A DNA stretch of 63,637 nt, filler included, from Aduncisulcus paluster (taxonomy: Eukaryota), in the NCBI GenBank assembly GCA_024181965.1. It is 8 parts of 8 records of this genome, joined end to end, with 100 filler letters (N's around TTAATTAATTAA, not from the genome) between each part and the next. Parts side by side here need not be neighbours in the genome. Positions count along the whole stretch, not along the records: positions 1 to 10,620 come from BQXS01010875.1; 7 more parts are not named here. One strand, written 5' to 3'. Under the pieces are notes generated by a model. It did no database searches. It was not told the origin of the DNA and was given only the letters and a program-made list of their open reading frames with translations. Both the position numbers and the translations under genes were made by a program. Shown here one piece after another: positions 1 through 10,720 of the stretch. Position 1 is the stretch's first letter. Each line of letters opens with the position of its first letter.

Positions 1-2333
1 CCATAAAATAGGACGGAGGTAGGGATTGAACCCAGATTACCCGTTCTGATAGAAGGAACCGAAAGGGGAAGAATGATATCGAGTGTAGCAATCCTTCGAA
101 TCTCAGCATGTGAGGGGGGACCAAATGGATCAAAATTAACAAGCTCAGGCTCTGGGAATTTTGACACTGCCTTTTTCTTCTTCCCTTTCCCACCACTTCC
201 TCCTTTTCCCTTGTCCTTTTCCTCTTCATCTTCTTCCATGGGCTGGATTACCTGTTTGATTGAAGGGAGAGGAAATAGACAATCGTCTCCAACGAAATCA
301 TCCAGAGAAACAAACGGAATTCTTTTCATAACACCATTCTCAACAAGTTTAGCAAATGCATTCTCAATGGTAAGATCTTTAAGAGGTGATTCCTTTTCCT
401 TTCCTTTCTTCTTTCCTTTCTTTCCTTTCTTTCCTTTTTTCCCTTTCTTCTTTCCTTTCTTTCCTTTCTTCTTCTTTCCTTTTTCCAATTCCTTTGCGGC
501 TTTCTCATTCTCGATTTCTTGTTGAACCTCGTTATAGGCCTCACTATAAACAGACTGAATGACACCGAGTCGGACAGAATCCTTGATTAACCCTTCATCA
601 AACCCACTGACAGAGAGCTTGGAAGGGTCATGATCCTGCCACACCTCAAAGAAGGCCTTTGTGGTGGAGACAAGGGGTGCTAAATGATCACTGAGAGGTG
701 GAGGCGGTTCTTCTTCTTCATCTCCTTTCTTCTTTCCTTGGGGCTTTTTGTCCTTCTTTTTATCCTTACCACCTTTGCCTCCTTTCTTGGGTTTCTTCTT
801 CTTCTTTGTATCTTCCTCTTCAATGGGGATTCCAAAGGTTTCTCGCATGTCGGGAGGTTTCGCAGGAAGTTTCCCATTATTGGCGTCTTGATAATCCAAT
901 AAACCCTGTTTAAACGCAGTAACCATCTCAGCTTTGAGACTGGTGGCCTCAACAGCTCTAACATCATCAGTAACACGGGGAATGGCACTTTCAAAGGCGT
1001 GGGCAAGCTCTTTCTGAGTAAAACGACGCTTGACAGCATTAGCGAGAACATCTCTCTCCATTTCTGAACTGAAATTCATGTCAATTGCAGATACTCCACC
1101 TTGAATAAGGGAGGAATATGGAACAGTTTCATCAGTCTTTTCAAGGGGTTGAATCCCACGAATGGGGACCAAAGGCTTAGTACGTTCACCAGATTCAACA
1201 CCGATATTGGTTCCATATGCAGTCAACGTGGGGTAAGCAGCATTTTGTTTTGCACCGGACTTAAGCTCGGATATCTCAGTGAATCTCTCTTGATCATTAT
1301 CTACAGAGAGGCCGAGGAATTGATTTTCTTTCACTCTCAACTCTTTGAACATCCTGGCATCTCTGAATGCTCTGAACGCAGCCTGAATGATAATGGCAGC
1401 ACGAGCAGCCTGAGGACCGTAGGACATGGCCCCCATTGACATTGAAAGGCCGTCTCCATCCTCGGTGACCTCAGATATACGAGATTGGAATCCACCACCA
1501 GCAGCAGTGGATTCCTTGAATTTGTCAAGGGTTTTGGCCTTTAATATCTTCAAAAGAGTACGATCACGACCAAGGTAGCCACGGATATTCTTCTGAATCG
1601 TAAGAACATCTTTCCTCTCCCTGGCAGATATGGGTTTCCGCGGAAGAGGACAAGTGAATGGATTTGTGGCCTCATCTCCGGTAGCCAAGGAGATATCTTC
1701 TTTTCCAGGGATAGCAGTGGAGCCTTCCATTGGAGCTCCTGAACCTAGACCAGGACCACCAACCTCAACCAAGGATGTTGATGTTCTTGCTGCGGCCGTC
1801 ATTTTAATCTGTTTAGCAACTTCATCGGTCGGAACAGGCATTACATGAGTAGAATCAGCATTTCCATCGTTCAGATCAAGAACAGCAAATCTATTCGACG
1901 CAAGGAGCGAATCCAATAGTTGAATACGATGCTCAAGAAGATCAGTGGATTCAGTCCGGATAAAATGTGGAATGGGTACATCTAATTCTCCGGGTGTCAA
2001 CTCAAAATCTGGCAACAAACGTCTGATTGGAGGCAATAGACAGCCAGTAAGCGTACATATTTCCTGCTTAAGCTCCAATAACCGACCTATTGTTGCTAGC
2101 AATGCAACACGAACCACTTTACGTTTTTGTGGGTATATCATTTGATCATAGCATTCTTCAAGGAGCTTATAAACTTTCAAATATCTAGTGTACCATTTGG
2201 CCAATGATATTTGTCGGGGTTCAGCATCAGGACCCCTTGGAGGACATTCATTGAGTTTAACTTCTTCTTTTATGAGTTCAAGAAGCATAGTCATGGCTTC
2301 ACGCCATTGTTTATCATAGAACAATGATGACAT
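1..2333 (-). CDS. DRC11: IQ and AAA domain protein (dynein regulatory complex subunit 11), 3'-partial
   Basis: Missed by the ORF track because there is no stop in the window. Manual translation from ATG 2333: MSSLFYDKQWREAM...YLKVYKLLEECYDQMIYPQKRKVVR...IGRLLELKQE (IQCA1-type N-terminus), IQ motifs TIQKNIRGYLGR and IIIQAAFRAFRDAR, K/G-rich tracts, ending ...SVLFYG at the window edge, just before the expected AAA Walker A. Confidence 0.9.
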   Translation of the reverse strand, partial: MSSLFYDKQWREAMTMLLELIKEEVKLNECPPRGPDAEPRQISLAKWYTRYLKVYKLLEECYDQMIYPQKRKVVRVALLATIGRLLELKQEICTLTGCLLPPIRRLLPDFELTPGELDVPIPHFIRTESTDLLEHRIQLLDSLLASNRFAVLDLNDGNADSTHVMPVPTDEVAKQIKMTAAARTSTSLVEVGGPGLGSGAPMEGSTAIPGKEDISLATGDEATNPFTCPLPRKPISARERKDVLTIQKNIRGYLGRDRTLLKILKAKTLDKFKESTAAGGGFQSRISEVTEDGDGLSMSMGAMSYGPQAARAAIIIQAAFRAFRDARMFKELRVKENQFLGLSVDNDQERFTEISELKSGAKQNAAYPTLTAYGTNIGVESGERTKPLVPIRGIQPLEKTDETVPYSSLIQGGVSAIDMNFSSEMERDVLANAVKRRFTQKELAHAFESAIPRVTDDVRAVEATSLKAEMVTAFKQGLLDYQDANNGKLPAKPPDMRETFGIPIEEEDTKKKKKPKKGGKGGKDKKKDKKPQGKKKGDEEEEPPPPLSDHLAPLVSTTKAFFEVWQDHDPSKLSVSGFDEGLIKDSVRLGVIQSVYSEAYNEVQQEIENEKAAKELEKGKKKKGKKGKKKGKKGKKGKKGKKKGKEKESPLKDLTIENAFAKLVENGVMKRIPFVSLDDFVGDDCLFPLPSIKQVIQPMEEDEEEKDKGKGGSGGKGKKKKAVSKFPEPELVNFDPFGPPSHAEIRRIATLDIILPLSVPSIRTGNLGSIPTSVLFY

Positions 2334-2557
2334 ATGCTTAAATACCCAATAATATTGTGAAGTCTTTTCGTTTTCGGGCAAAAATTGCCAAAAAAAAAAT
2401 TGCCATCGCAAAAAGGAATAGAGATCGGAAAAAGATTAATATTAGTTAAAGTAGAAATATAGCAACCCCATTTCAACTTCTTTTATTCACTTTAAAACGT
2501 AATTTCAGGACACACACACAAATCCTCCATTTTGGCTGCTGAAGACTTATTATAAAT

Positions 2558-3052
2558 ATGGTATGCACTATTCTAGCTTTTAAACACCTTGTATATTTCA
2601 AAATTTTTCCGATTAATTATCTTATTCATCGATTTCCATTATTTTAGTTGTTTGTCTCTTTCTTCCGTTCTCTCCCAGGAAAAAGAATATCTGTTGAATT
2701 AAATGAAGGAATAATTCTTGAAGGAATTCTTGATTCAGTTGATCCCTTCTTGAATTTTGGTTTATCCGATCTTAAAGTGATTAAAAGTGAAGGGAGATCA
2801 TATTTACATTCATTGGATACCATATTTATTAGAGGTAATAGAGTTCGTTATGTATCCATTCTTGATGATAAAAATATTGATGTTCCTCTCCTTGTTGAAG
2901 CTTCGAGAAGAGCCTCCAAAACCATAAAAATCATTGTTTCAGAGACCAAAAGAGAAGAAATTATCGATAAACACAAACAAGAAGTTAAAAAACAAGACAT
3001 CACTGATGAAGTTGAAAGAGAAGTTGAGAAAGCTCTTGCCGAGATCGAATAG
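2558..3052 (+). CDS. LSM2: U6 snRNA-associated Sm-like protein LSm2; join(2558..2560,2648..3052)
   Basis: ATG at 2558, then intron GTATGC...TTTTAG (2561-2647). The spliced product MLFVSFFRSLPGKRISVELNEG...GILDSVDPFLN...FIRGNRVRYV...LLVEASRR matches LSm2 Sm1/Sm2 motifs. Confidence 0.88.
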
Positions 3053-3278
3053 TCGACCAATTTAAGGCTCGTATAGATTATCATCAATTTTTTTTTCAAT
3101 AAATATCTCACAAACTAATTTATTTTGGCGATGATTGTCGATTTAAGCAAGGGATTATCCATTTTCTTATCCCAAAATTTCTGTCATGTATATTTGTTGG
3201 TTCAGTTTAATAACAACTCAAAATTAACGATTTATTTAATATGTTCTAACTTTTTCTTAGTTCTTTATCCTCGATAAC

Positions 3279-4730
3279 ATGATTCTATTGGGTCATCTCA
3301 AAATTGTGAAACAAACCCACCTGATGATGTTCTTTTGGTCGTACGTCATGGAAGAATTAGCACCAAAATTGGCTGAATATATGCCTAAAGATGAGGTTGA
3401 AGGTTTTCTCCATTCCTATTCCCGTTGGATCGGTGGAGAAGGTGGTTTTATTGATTTCGACAAAGTCACTGATGTAGAACCTGACCGTTACTATAAATAC
3501 GAAGATATTCGCTGCCGTGAAGATGTTCATTTGTTACGGGAGTCTCTTGACAAGCTTGCTGTTGTTAAGTTAGCTGGAGGTTTGGGAACCTCCATGAAAT
3601 GCTCCCATGCAAAGGTGACTCTTCCAGTAAGGGATGGAAAGACCTTTTTGGATCTTATTGTTGAACAATTGATCTGGATTAATACGAAATATACAGTTTC
3701 TATCCCTCTTGTTCTCATGACAAGTTTTGCCACCCATGATGAATTGGTAACTGCATGCAAAAAGTATGAAGGAAAACTAAACATTATGTTTTTCAAACAA
3801 AGTCAATATCCTCGTGTGGATATTGAAACCAAGCAACCACTTTGGGAGCATGCTGGTGAAAAATGCTTTTTCTGTCCCCCTGGTCATGGTGATCTAATTT
3901 TGAAGATTAAAACTTCTGGAATAGCCCAAAAACTATTTGATTCTGGCAAACGTATGCTTTTTGTTGCTAATTCTGACAACCTTGGAGCCACAGTTGATCT
4001 TAAGATCCTTTCTCTTCTCTTTGGTTGTGAAGAAGGCCAAGACATCGAGTATTTGATGGAAGTAACTCCTAAAACCTTCAAAGATGTTAAAGGTGGAACT
4101 CTTGTCTCCTTAGATGGGAAAGTTAAGTTAATGGAGCTTGCCCAAGTTGATCCAAAGCACCATGACGAGTTTAAATCAATTGAAAGATTTTCTGTTTTTA
4201 ATACCAACAACGTTTGGATTAGACTTGAGAATCTTCTTCATCTCAAACATCCAAAGTTAGATTTGATTCTCAACAAGAAAAATGTTCACGGACGTGACGT
4301 TCTTCAATTCGAAACTGCTATTGGATCTGCCATTTCAGAATTCGAAGGTGCTGGTATTGTCGTTCCAAGGAAGAGATTTTTGCCCGTTAAAACAACAAAT
4401 GATCTTATGGTTGTTCAAAGTGACTGTTTTGATGTATCCGAAGGTGGTTTCCTCTCTTTATCCCCACTTTGCCATCAAATCCCGACAGTTCGCCTTGGCC
4501 CATCCTTTAAAGGGGTTGCAGAATTTGAATCTAGGTTCCCTGATGGAATTCCCAGTCTTAAGTTCTGCCAATTTTTCTGTGTTGATGGTGATGTGACCAT
4601 CAAATCTCCATCATTGAAGGGAAATATAATTATTATTGCCGAGGAAAAGGAAGAGGAGGAGCCTTTAGTGATAACAAGTCCCATTGAAAACAAAATTATC
4701 AGACACGGAGAAGAATGTCCTTTCTTCTAA
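3279..4730 (+). CDS. UGP1: UTP--glucose-1-phosphate uridylyltransferase (eukaryotic UGPase)
   Basis: Motifs KLAGGLGTSM, PPGHGD, NSDNLGA, DVKGGTL, FNTNNVW, RFLPVKTT. Start uncertain: ATG 3279 or 3348, and a possible acceptor CTAAC..TTAG at 3260. Confidence 0.95.
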   Translation: MILLGHLKIVKQTHLMMFFWSYVMEELAPKLAEYMPKDEVEGFLHSYSRWIGGEGGFIDFDKVTDVEPDRYYKYEDIRCREDVHLLRESLDKLAVVKLAGGLGTSMKCSHAKVTLPVRDGKTFLDLIVEQLIWINTKYTVSIPLVLMTSFATHDELVTACKKYEGKLNIMFFKQSQYPRVDIETKQPLWEHAGEKCFFCPPGHGDLILKIKTSGIAQKLFDSGKRMLFVANSDNLGATVDLKILSLLFGCEEGQDIEYLMEVTPKTFKDVKGGTLVSLDGKVKLMELAQVDPKHHDEFKSIERFSVFNTNNVWIRLENLLHLKHPKLDLILNKKNVHGRDVLQFETAIGSAISEFEGAGIVVPRKRFLPVKTTNDLMVVQSDCFDVSEGGFLSLSPLCHQIPTVRLGPSFKGVAEFESRFPDGIPSLKFCQFFCVDGDVTIKSPSLKGNIIIIAEEKEEEEPLVITSPIENKIIRHGEECPFF

Positions 4731-5016
4731 TCTCTTTGAACTGCTACACACGTATTTTCTTTTGTAGTTTTCTTGTTTTATTAAATTGGTTTATTTATCC
4801 GTGCTTGGGTGAGTGGTTAAATGTATGTCTCCTGTCAGAATTCCTTTCAACAATATCAGTAGGAATGATTCCAAAGATTGATCACATACACGTTGTAATA
4901 AGACTCTAAACAACTGAGTTTAGAATAAAAATGAATTAGAACTTGATTGTATACTTTACATATCGCAATTTCTTGCTTGATCACACCGGATGCTGGGTAA
5001 ATAGAATAAAATACAC

Positions 5017-5754
5017 TCATTTTTGTCCTTGAAGTGCAAATTGATCTCTCATTTTCTGCAATTCAACTTCAAATCTATCTTCTTGCACCTGCATTTGTTG
5101 GATAAAGAACTGCTTCTGCTCCTCCAATTTCTGTTCAAATTCTTCCCTTTGTTTTTCCATCTCGGCAAGAACAATCTGGATTGTATGGGTAATTTGACCC
5201 ATTTCAGCAGGAGGAAGACTCCCTCTTCTCTGTTCATCCTCGGACATGGCGATCATTTCATCAATTTCGTCTTCCTGTTCTTTTTGTTCGTCAATAACGA
5301 AACGAATGTCACACAGTGTCGAATATTCAGCTGATCCATCCCAAGTACTCCTTAAAATGAGGTCACAATCTATAACATTGTCAATATCAACAGGAATAGT
5401 AAACCATTCATACTCGTCCTCTTCGATACGGTAGAATTTGTATTTCTTCTTAACTTCGGCTCCATCTACAGTATAAAAGACGAAATCTAACTCTTTGAAC
5501 TGATCTTCACCACCAACTGTGCATAATAATATTGATCCAAGAGTCCGAGGCTCTTCGAATGGGAAAAATAGGGAGCGAAAATCAACCGAACAATCCCCAT
5601 TCAAGAATTTCTCACGAAAATGTTCTAATGAATGCCATGAAGCCAATTCACCCTCAGCTTTGTCTTTATCAACTTTCATAACACCAGGATCTTGTTCACC
5701 AATAACATCAGCTTCAGTCCATCCTTTTCGAAAGAACTCTGCGTCTTCTCTCAT
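5017..5754 (-). CDS. Hypothetical protein: ~150-aa beta-rich domain plus C-terminal coiled coil
   Basis: 245-aa ORF. The domain aligns by eye with residues ~180-333 of the Rab fusion at 18521-20290. Probable 5'UTR intron at 5755-5847. Confidence 0.8.
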   Translation of the reverse strand: MREDAEFFRKGWTEADVIGEQDPGVMKVDKDKAEGELASWHSLEHFREKFLNGDCSVDFRSLFFPFEEPRTLGSILLCTVGGEDQFKELDFVFYTVDGAEVKKKYKFYRIEEDEYEWFTIPVDIDNVIDCDLILRSTWDGSAEYSTLCDIRFVIDEQKEQEDEIDEMIAMSEDEQRRGSLPPAEMGQITHTIQIVLAEMEKQREEFEQKLEEQKQFFIQQMQVQEDRFEVELQKMRDQFALQGQK

Positions 5755-6549
5755 CTTTTATAATAAAATTGATACAACAGTTAAAATAAACAAACAGGAA
5801 ATGCCAACAAGGAACGTAAGATCCACGACAAAATATAACTAACATACAATATGGAAATTTTAATGATATAATAAACCTTTACGGAATTAATTTAGTAAAT
5901 ATAATGTGCAAACTAGGATATATATCCCAATTTAGGTACAAACCACGTTTTCAACGTTCATATTTTAGGGGGACTAACACTTCCCAACAATATTATATGG
6001 TTGATCACAAGCTGAAAATATCTTCGAAATAAACAAAATACCATTTATTATTGCTAATTCAATGTAATTCCGACTATAGAATTTCTGGGCGAAGTAATAA
6101 ACTAGTATTATAATCTAATTTTAAAATAGCAGTATAACAATGCATTATTTATAAATTAAATCAATATAAAGAGTATTCGAAGTGTTGTAGATTCCAGCAT
6201 CTATTCAACCGCTTTTGTTACTATTCGGATGTCAAAAGAGAGAACAGCCGCTAAATGGTGCCGTTGTTTGAATATAGGGTTAAATTATACTGTTTGTTTA
6301 GATAAAGAGCCAAGAGTTACCTCTAAACTGAATCAATACTTCAATTCATGGAAAATACCCCGCGATGAAGATAAATTAAAGTCAATAAGCTGTTTACCAA
6401 TAAGAGTAGAAAACTATGAAATCATAAATAATTCATTTTTTCATCACAAACCCATTTTTCATTTTCAATCCCAAATAGGGATTATTCATTTTTGTACAAA
6501 CTGTAATACTCCTCTAATCATTGAAATTCAAGATTGGAAGACATTACTT

Positions 6550-9126
6550 ATGGATTCTCCTTCACCAAAGCGTAGTACTCACCATAGTCAAACAAGTGAC
6601 TTATCAGATGAAGGCGATGTAACTCCAACCTTGAAATCTTCTTTGCATATTCCTGTAAGTGGATCATCTATCTTGAATCCTGTTATATCTCGGCTTACCA
6701 ACGGGTTAAATAGTGGAAAGCCATCTCCACGCTCTGACCGGAGTATGAGTCCGTTATTTTATACTACAAATAGTCTAATAAGCCTCTCCCATGTTGAACA
6801 GATTCTCCGAAGGGATGTTCCACCTGTTCATTTTGTTATCCCCATCCGTACTTCTCTTGTTATCCCTATATCGCCTCATCCAGTCTTTTCTTCTTTGCTG
6901 CAGGTATTTGTTGATAGTACCCAGAGTGCTGAGGATTCGGATACCCTTCTTGTTGACATCTCCCACATGCATTCCCCTTCTTCGTCTCCCTCCATCTCTT
7001 CCCCTTCCTCCCCAAGATCTCATTCGTCCCAACACCTGTCATTGTCCCCGCATCTATCACCGTCAAGTAGTATGATCAATCCTCACGATGCCTCACTTCT
7101 TTTGGATCAGACAGAGAAAAGAATATCCCCTGCTGTTCAGCTTGTGGATGAGGTCGAGGATGAATTTGCAGTGAAAAGTGTGATCGATGAACTATTAGAT
7201 GTTGGCCGTGAAGACAAACCTCATCGCCATATGCCAGATCGGACTGATGTCACCCGGGAATCTCGGTCTTCCAAGTCATCCAAATCCACCTCCATCATGA
7301 GCTCATTCATCGGATCTCTTATGTCTTTCCTCTCTGAAACTCATCCAAAACGCCCTGACAATTCTTCTTCCTCCTCTTCTTCCTCCTCTTCTTCTCTTGA
7401 ACGTCAGAAATACCCTTCAGAGACCCTTTTGACTGATAACATGAAAGGAATCATCCTTGGGGCCAAGAAAGAGTATAACCATGTGCATTCTCATCTCCTT
7501 CAGCAGCTGGACAAGAAACTATCTGACCCAATTGTCGCCTCCGAGATGAGACAGAGAGTCGAGGAGTGGGAGAGGGATCACCTTGCTCAGCTATCATCCT
7601 CTATGTCGGAGATTATGGTTGATCTGCTTGCTCAACACACTGAACAACTCAGGGAGGAGTGCTCACGGATGGCCATTGCCATGGATACGACGAGCAACAT
7701 GTCTGCCGTGCTTAGTTCCAGCATTCACCTTGAGGATATAGTCCAATACCAAGCAGAACAACCATTACAACTCGGAAGTACATCGTCTACACCAAGAAGA
7801 GATATGGTAGGCACAGGTGCTGGGAAACGTGGCGGTGTGAAGATGCTCAGTGAACTTCGAGATGAGTATGACTCCAAGGTGACAAAGTCAGGAGACTCTG
7901 GGTCGACGAGAACAAAGCCATCAAAGATGTCCAATGGTGGTAAATCATCTGGCAGACCCCATTCTCCTCTTATTTCCTCATCTGGAGGTCAAACTGTACC
8001 CCCAGGCCTTCCTCCAATCCACCCTGCTCATTCCACGTGCAGTCCGTCCTCCAGTGGGAAAGATGGTGCCCTTGACATGAGTCAACAACACTCCATGAAA
8101 GGCCTTGGTGGTGGTTCCATGTCCCATGCCCGTGATGCAGGTCAATCAAACACACCATCCATTCTCTCCTCCCCTGTGCACACGCCATTGCGAGACTCTT
8201 CTCCTATGAGTCTGATCTCTGACTGGAGCAGTGTGGATGAGATGGCTGATAATAATCAGAGCAAAGTTGATAGTCGGAGAATGATATTTCACGATTCTTC
8301 GTCAAAGTCGACATCAAAGAACCTTGTAAAGGCTATTGTGACTGCCCAAGACATTGAAGAGTCGTCCATCTCGACCACAAGTGCTGAGAAAATAGTCATC
8401 AATGTAGATCATCAAGTCCATGAGAATCCTCTTGTATCAGCCTTTGTTGATGAGACTGAGGCCTCAGAACCTCAATCCCCGCAGAGCAGTGGCAATGGTA
8501 TGTCTGCGTTCGTGGGCGATGTGAGTGACTCTGACGAATATCATGGCGAAGAAGAGGAAGAGGAAGAAGAGGAAGAGGAAGAAGAGGAAGAGGAGAACCG
8601 TGGTGAGGATGAACTATCCTTTGAGATGCTTGATCCTGAGCGTTACGGGTCAAATATATCCTCCTCACATGGCACCGATGATCTGTTTGCCTTCGAAGCG
8701 AGTGGAAGACCCAAGAAGTCAAGGTCAGGTAGCCACACTCACGTGCATGTTGTGGATGATCTCACTGGGGATAACCAAGGCGAGGATGACCTTCCGATGA
8801 GTGTTGTGGGAGATCCTCGGAGTCTCTTTGTGAACGGACGTTTCTCAGATGAAGAAGAGAGGGAGCATGAAGGGAGAGCTGTCACTGATATATCTCTCGA
8901 TGTATCCACTGTATTCGATGGTGCCATTGATCTGGGTAATATTGACGACGAGGATGACGAGGATGATAGCCAGATAAACCCAGGAAGACCGAGTGAGGAC
9001 GACTCTTTCCGTCAACACGTGGAGGAAAAGATGATTGTCCTTCATGAAGACGAGGAACTTTTGATGAGTCTGCCTGGTCATACAGATATTTCAAGGTCTA
9101 TGCTATCAAAAGATGAATATATGTAA
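6550..9126 (+). CDS. Ser-rich/acidic low-complexity hypothetical protein with central helical region
   Basis: Long ORF. Composition changes from AT-rich to coding-like at ATG 6550 (MDSPSPKR). Contains poly-S and poly-E tracts. Confidence 0.75.
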   Translation: MDSPSPKRSTHHSQTSDLSDEGDVTPTLKSSLHIPVSGSSILNPVISRLTNGLNSGKPSPRSDRSMSPLFYTTNSLISLSHVEQILRRDVPPVHFVIPIRTSLVIPISPHPVFSSLLQVFVDSTQSAEDSDTLLVDISHMHSPSSSPSISSPSSPRSHSSQHLSLSPHLSPSSSMINPHDASLLLDQTEKRISPAVQLVDEVEDEFAVKSVIDELLDVGREDKPHRHMPDRTDVTRESRSSKSSKSTSIMSSFIGSLMSFLSETHPKRPDNSSSSSSSSSSSLERQKYPSETLLTDNMKGIILGAKKEYNHVHSHLLQQLDKKLSDPIVASEMRQRVEEWERDHLAQLSSSMSEIMVDLLAQHTEQLREECSRMAIAMDTTSNMSAVLSSSIHLEDIVQYQAEQPLQLGSTSSTPRRDMVGTGAGKRGGVKMLSELRDEYDSKVTKSGDSGSTRTKPSKMSNGGKSSGRPHSPLISSSGGQTVPPGLPPIHPAHSTCSPSSSGKDGALDMSQQHSMKGLGGGSMSHARDAGQSNTPSILSSPVHTPLRDSSPMSLISDWSSVDEMADNNQSKVDSRRMIFHDSSSKSTSKNLVKAIVTAQDIEESSISTTSAEKIVINVDHQVHENPLVSAFVDETEASEPQSPQSSGNGMSAFVGDVSDSDEYHGEEEEEEEEEEEEEEEENRGEDELSFEMLDPERYGSNISSSHGTDDLFAFEASGRPKKSRSGSHTHVHVVDDLTGDNQGEDDLPMSVVGDPRSLFVNGRFSDEEEREHEGRAVTDISLDVSTVFDGAIDLGNIDDEDDEDDSQINPGRPSEDDSFRQHVEEKMIVLHEDEELLMSLPGHTDISRSMLSKDEYM

Positions 9127-9927
9127 GATATATATATGCCTCTTTTCCCTAACTTATTATATTCAACTGATATGATTCTACTTTAAATATATATAATTCA
9201 TCCTCGGTTTTCTTTTTGTTGAATATTAGATCGCTGGAACTTCATCCATCTCAATCCTTATTGTTACTAACGACTTCGTGTAATATCAAAATGGTTATTT
9301 TTTTTTTTTTTTGCTTCGGGTTTTCGATATATTTTATCTTTTTTTATTTATATTGAAGAGGTTTTGATTGAACTCATATTTCGCCTTCAATTGTCATTTT
9401 TCATGAACACTTTTTCTCTTTCAATGGTTTAATTTTAGTAAATTGGCTTATAGTCATATAGATTCCATATAATGCATCAAACATGCTATTCAGATGGTTT
9501 GTTGAGGTATTCTGGGTCAAAGGATGTGTGCTGGTCTGTATTGCATGAATCATTGGTGTTTAGTTTCGTTAACACTGTTTCATCAGTCTTACTGATTCAA
9601 TCAGTAGAGGTATTTTAAGGCAAAGAAGAAGGTTTAATTCAACACCATTTTAAACGGGAGACAAAATTTGAGTTATAATATTAAGCCAGGCTGAGGATAG
9701 GGTTGAAAACAAACAAAAGGAAAAAATCTGTTTCTCACTCATTCCACAAAAGTCCTATTCATATCTATAACACCACCATTAAGTTATTTTAATGGCCGCT
9801 GTTAGAGTAAAAATTAAATTTTATTCACAACAAGATATTTTCTTGAATTATTAATCGTCTTATTGCTAAATTTCGACCTCCATCAAAAAGTCGCTTTCTT
9901 TTGATTTTTGGTGCCATAAAATCTCTC

Positions 9928-10620
9928 ATGAAGTTATTATTTGTGGCTTTCCTTGCTCTCTTTGCCATCGCTTTGGCTAAACCTGTTGAATACCCATACT
10001 CTATGAAGACAGGTTCCTTCAATTTTACTTCTGGTACTGCCACCTACGATTTGGATTTCCTTGCCACATTTGAAGATGATGTAATGAAAGTTGCTGATAT
10101 TTTGGCATCCACTTTCCCCGATTTATTAACTTCTAACTGGTCAAACTACCTTGGATACCAAGAGATCCAAAATCTCATTGAAAACAATGTGTGGTCCTCA
10201 GTCACAACCAAATATAACAACAATATTTTGTATTTGTATGCTGCTGTCATGGATTTCGTTTGTAGTACTCAAGTTATTGCTCTCGCTCAGGATGCTCCAT
10301 ACACTCTCCATGGAAACCTCTACAACACCCTGAACTTTGACAAAGCCAACTTTGGTGTTGATTTGAGTATCCCCCACGACACCTTCGAACATCTCTTTAT
10401 TGATTGGACAGTTACTTACAGCTCTAAAGTAACTGTTACCCCTACTACGGGAAGAGCCATTGGTGTTGTTGGTCTTCCAGGAGTCTACATGGCTTCGACC
10501 AATGAAAGCACTTTTACTGTGGCTTCTATCGGTTCTGATCTTGAGGATTTGGTCACCAATGGAGGAATTTCCACTGCTCTTACAAGTATTAGAAAAGGTT
10601 CTACAATGGGAACTTACTGG
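9928..10620 (+). CDS. Secreted hypothetical protein, 3'-partial
   Basis: Signal peptide MKLLFVAFLALFAIALA|KPV; the ORF is open to the contig end. Confidence 0.8.
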
Positions 10621-10720
10621 NNNNNNNNNNNNNNNNNNNNNNNNNNNNNNNNNNNNNNNNNNNNTTAATTAATTAANNNNNNNNNNNNNNNNNNNNNNNN
10701 NNNNNNNNNNNNNNNNNNNN
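10621..10720. other. Artificial contig linker
   Basis: N-run / TTAATTAATTAA (stops in six frames) / N-run, 100 bp. Confidence 0.99.

Noticed and set aside
73-525. F/P-rich plus-strand ORF and other short antisense or alternate-frame ORFs in the track
   Set aside because: Shadows of real genes on the opposite strand or frame (here the K/G-rich part of DRC11).
6229-6549. N-terminal 107 aa of the 965-aa ORF
   Set aside because: AT-rich, intergenic-like composition; ATG 6550 is the more plausible start.
10621-10720. Recurring N-TTAATTAATTAA-N palindromic motif (7 copies)
   Set aside because: Artificial six-frame-stop linker used to concatenate contigs, not biological.
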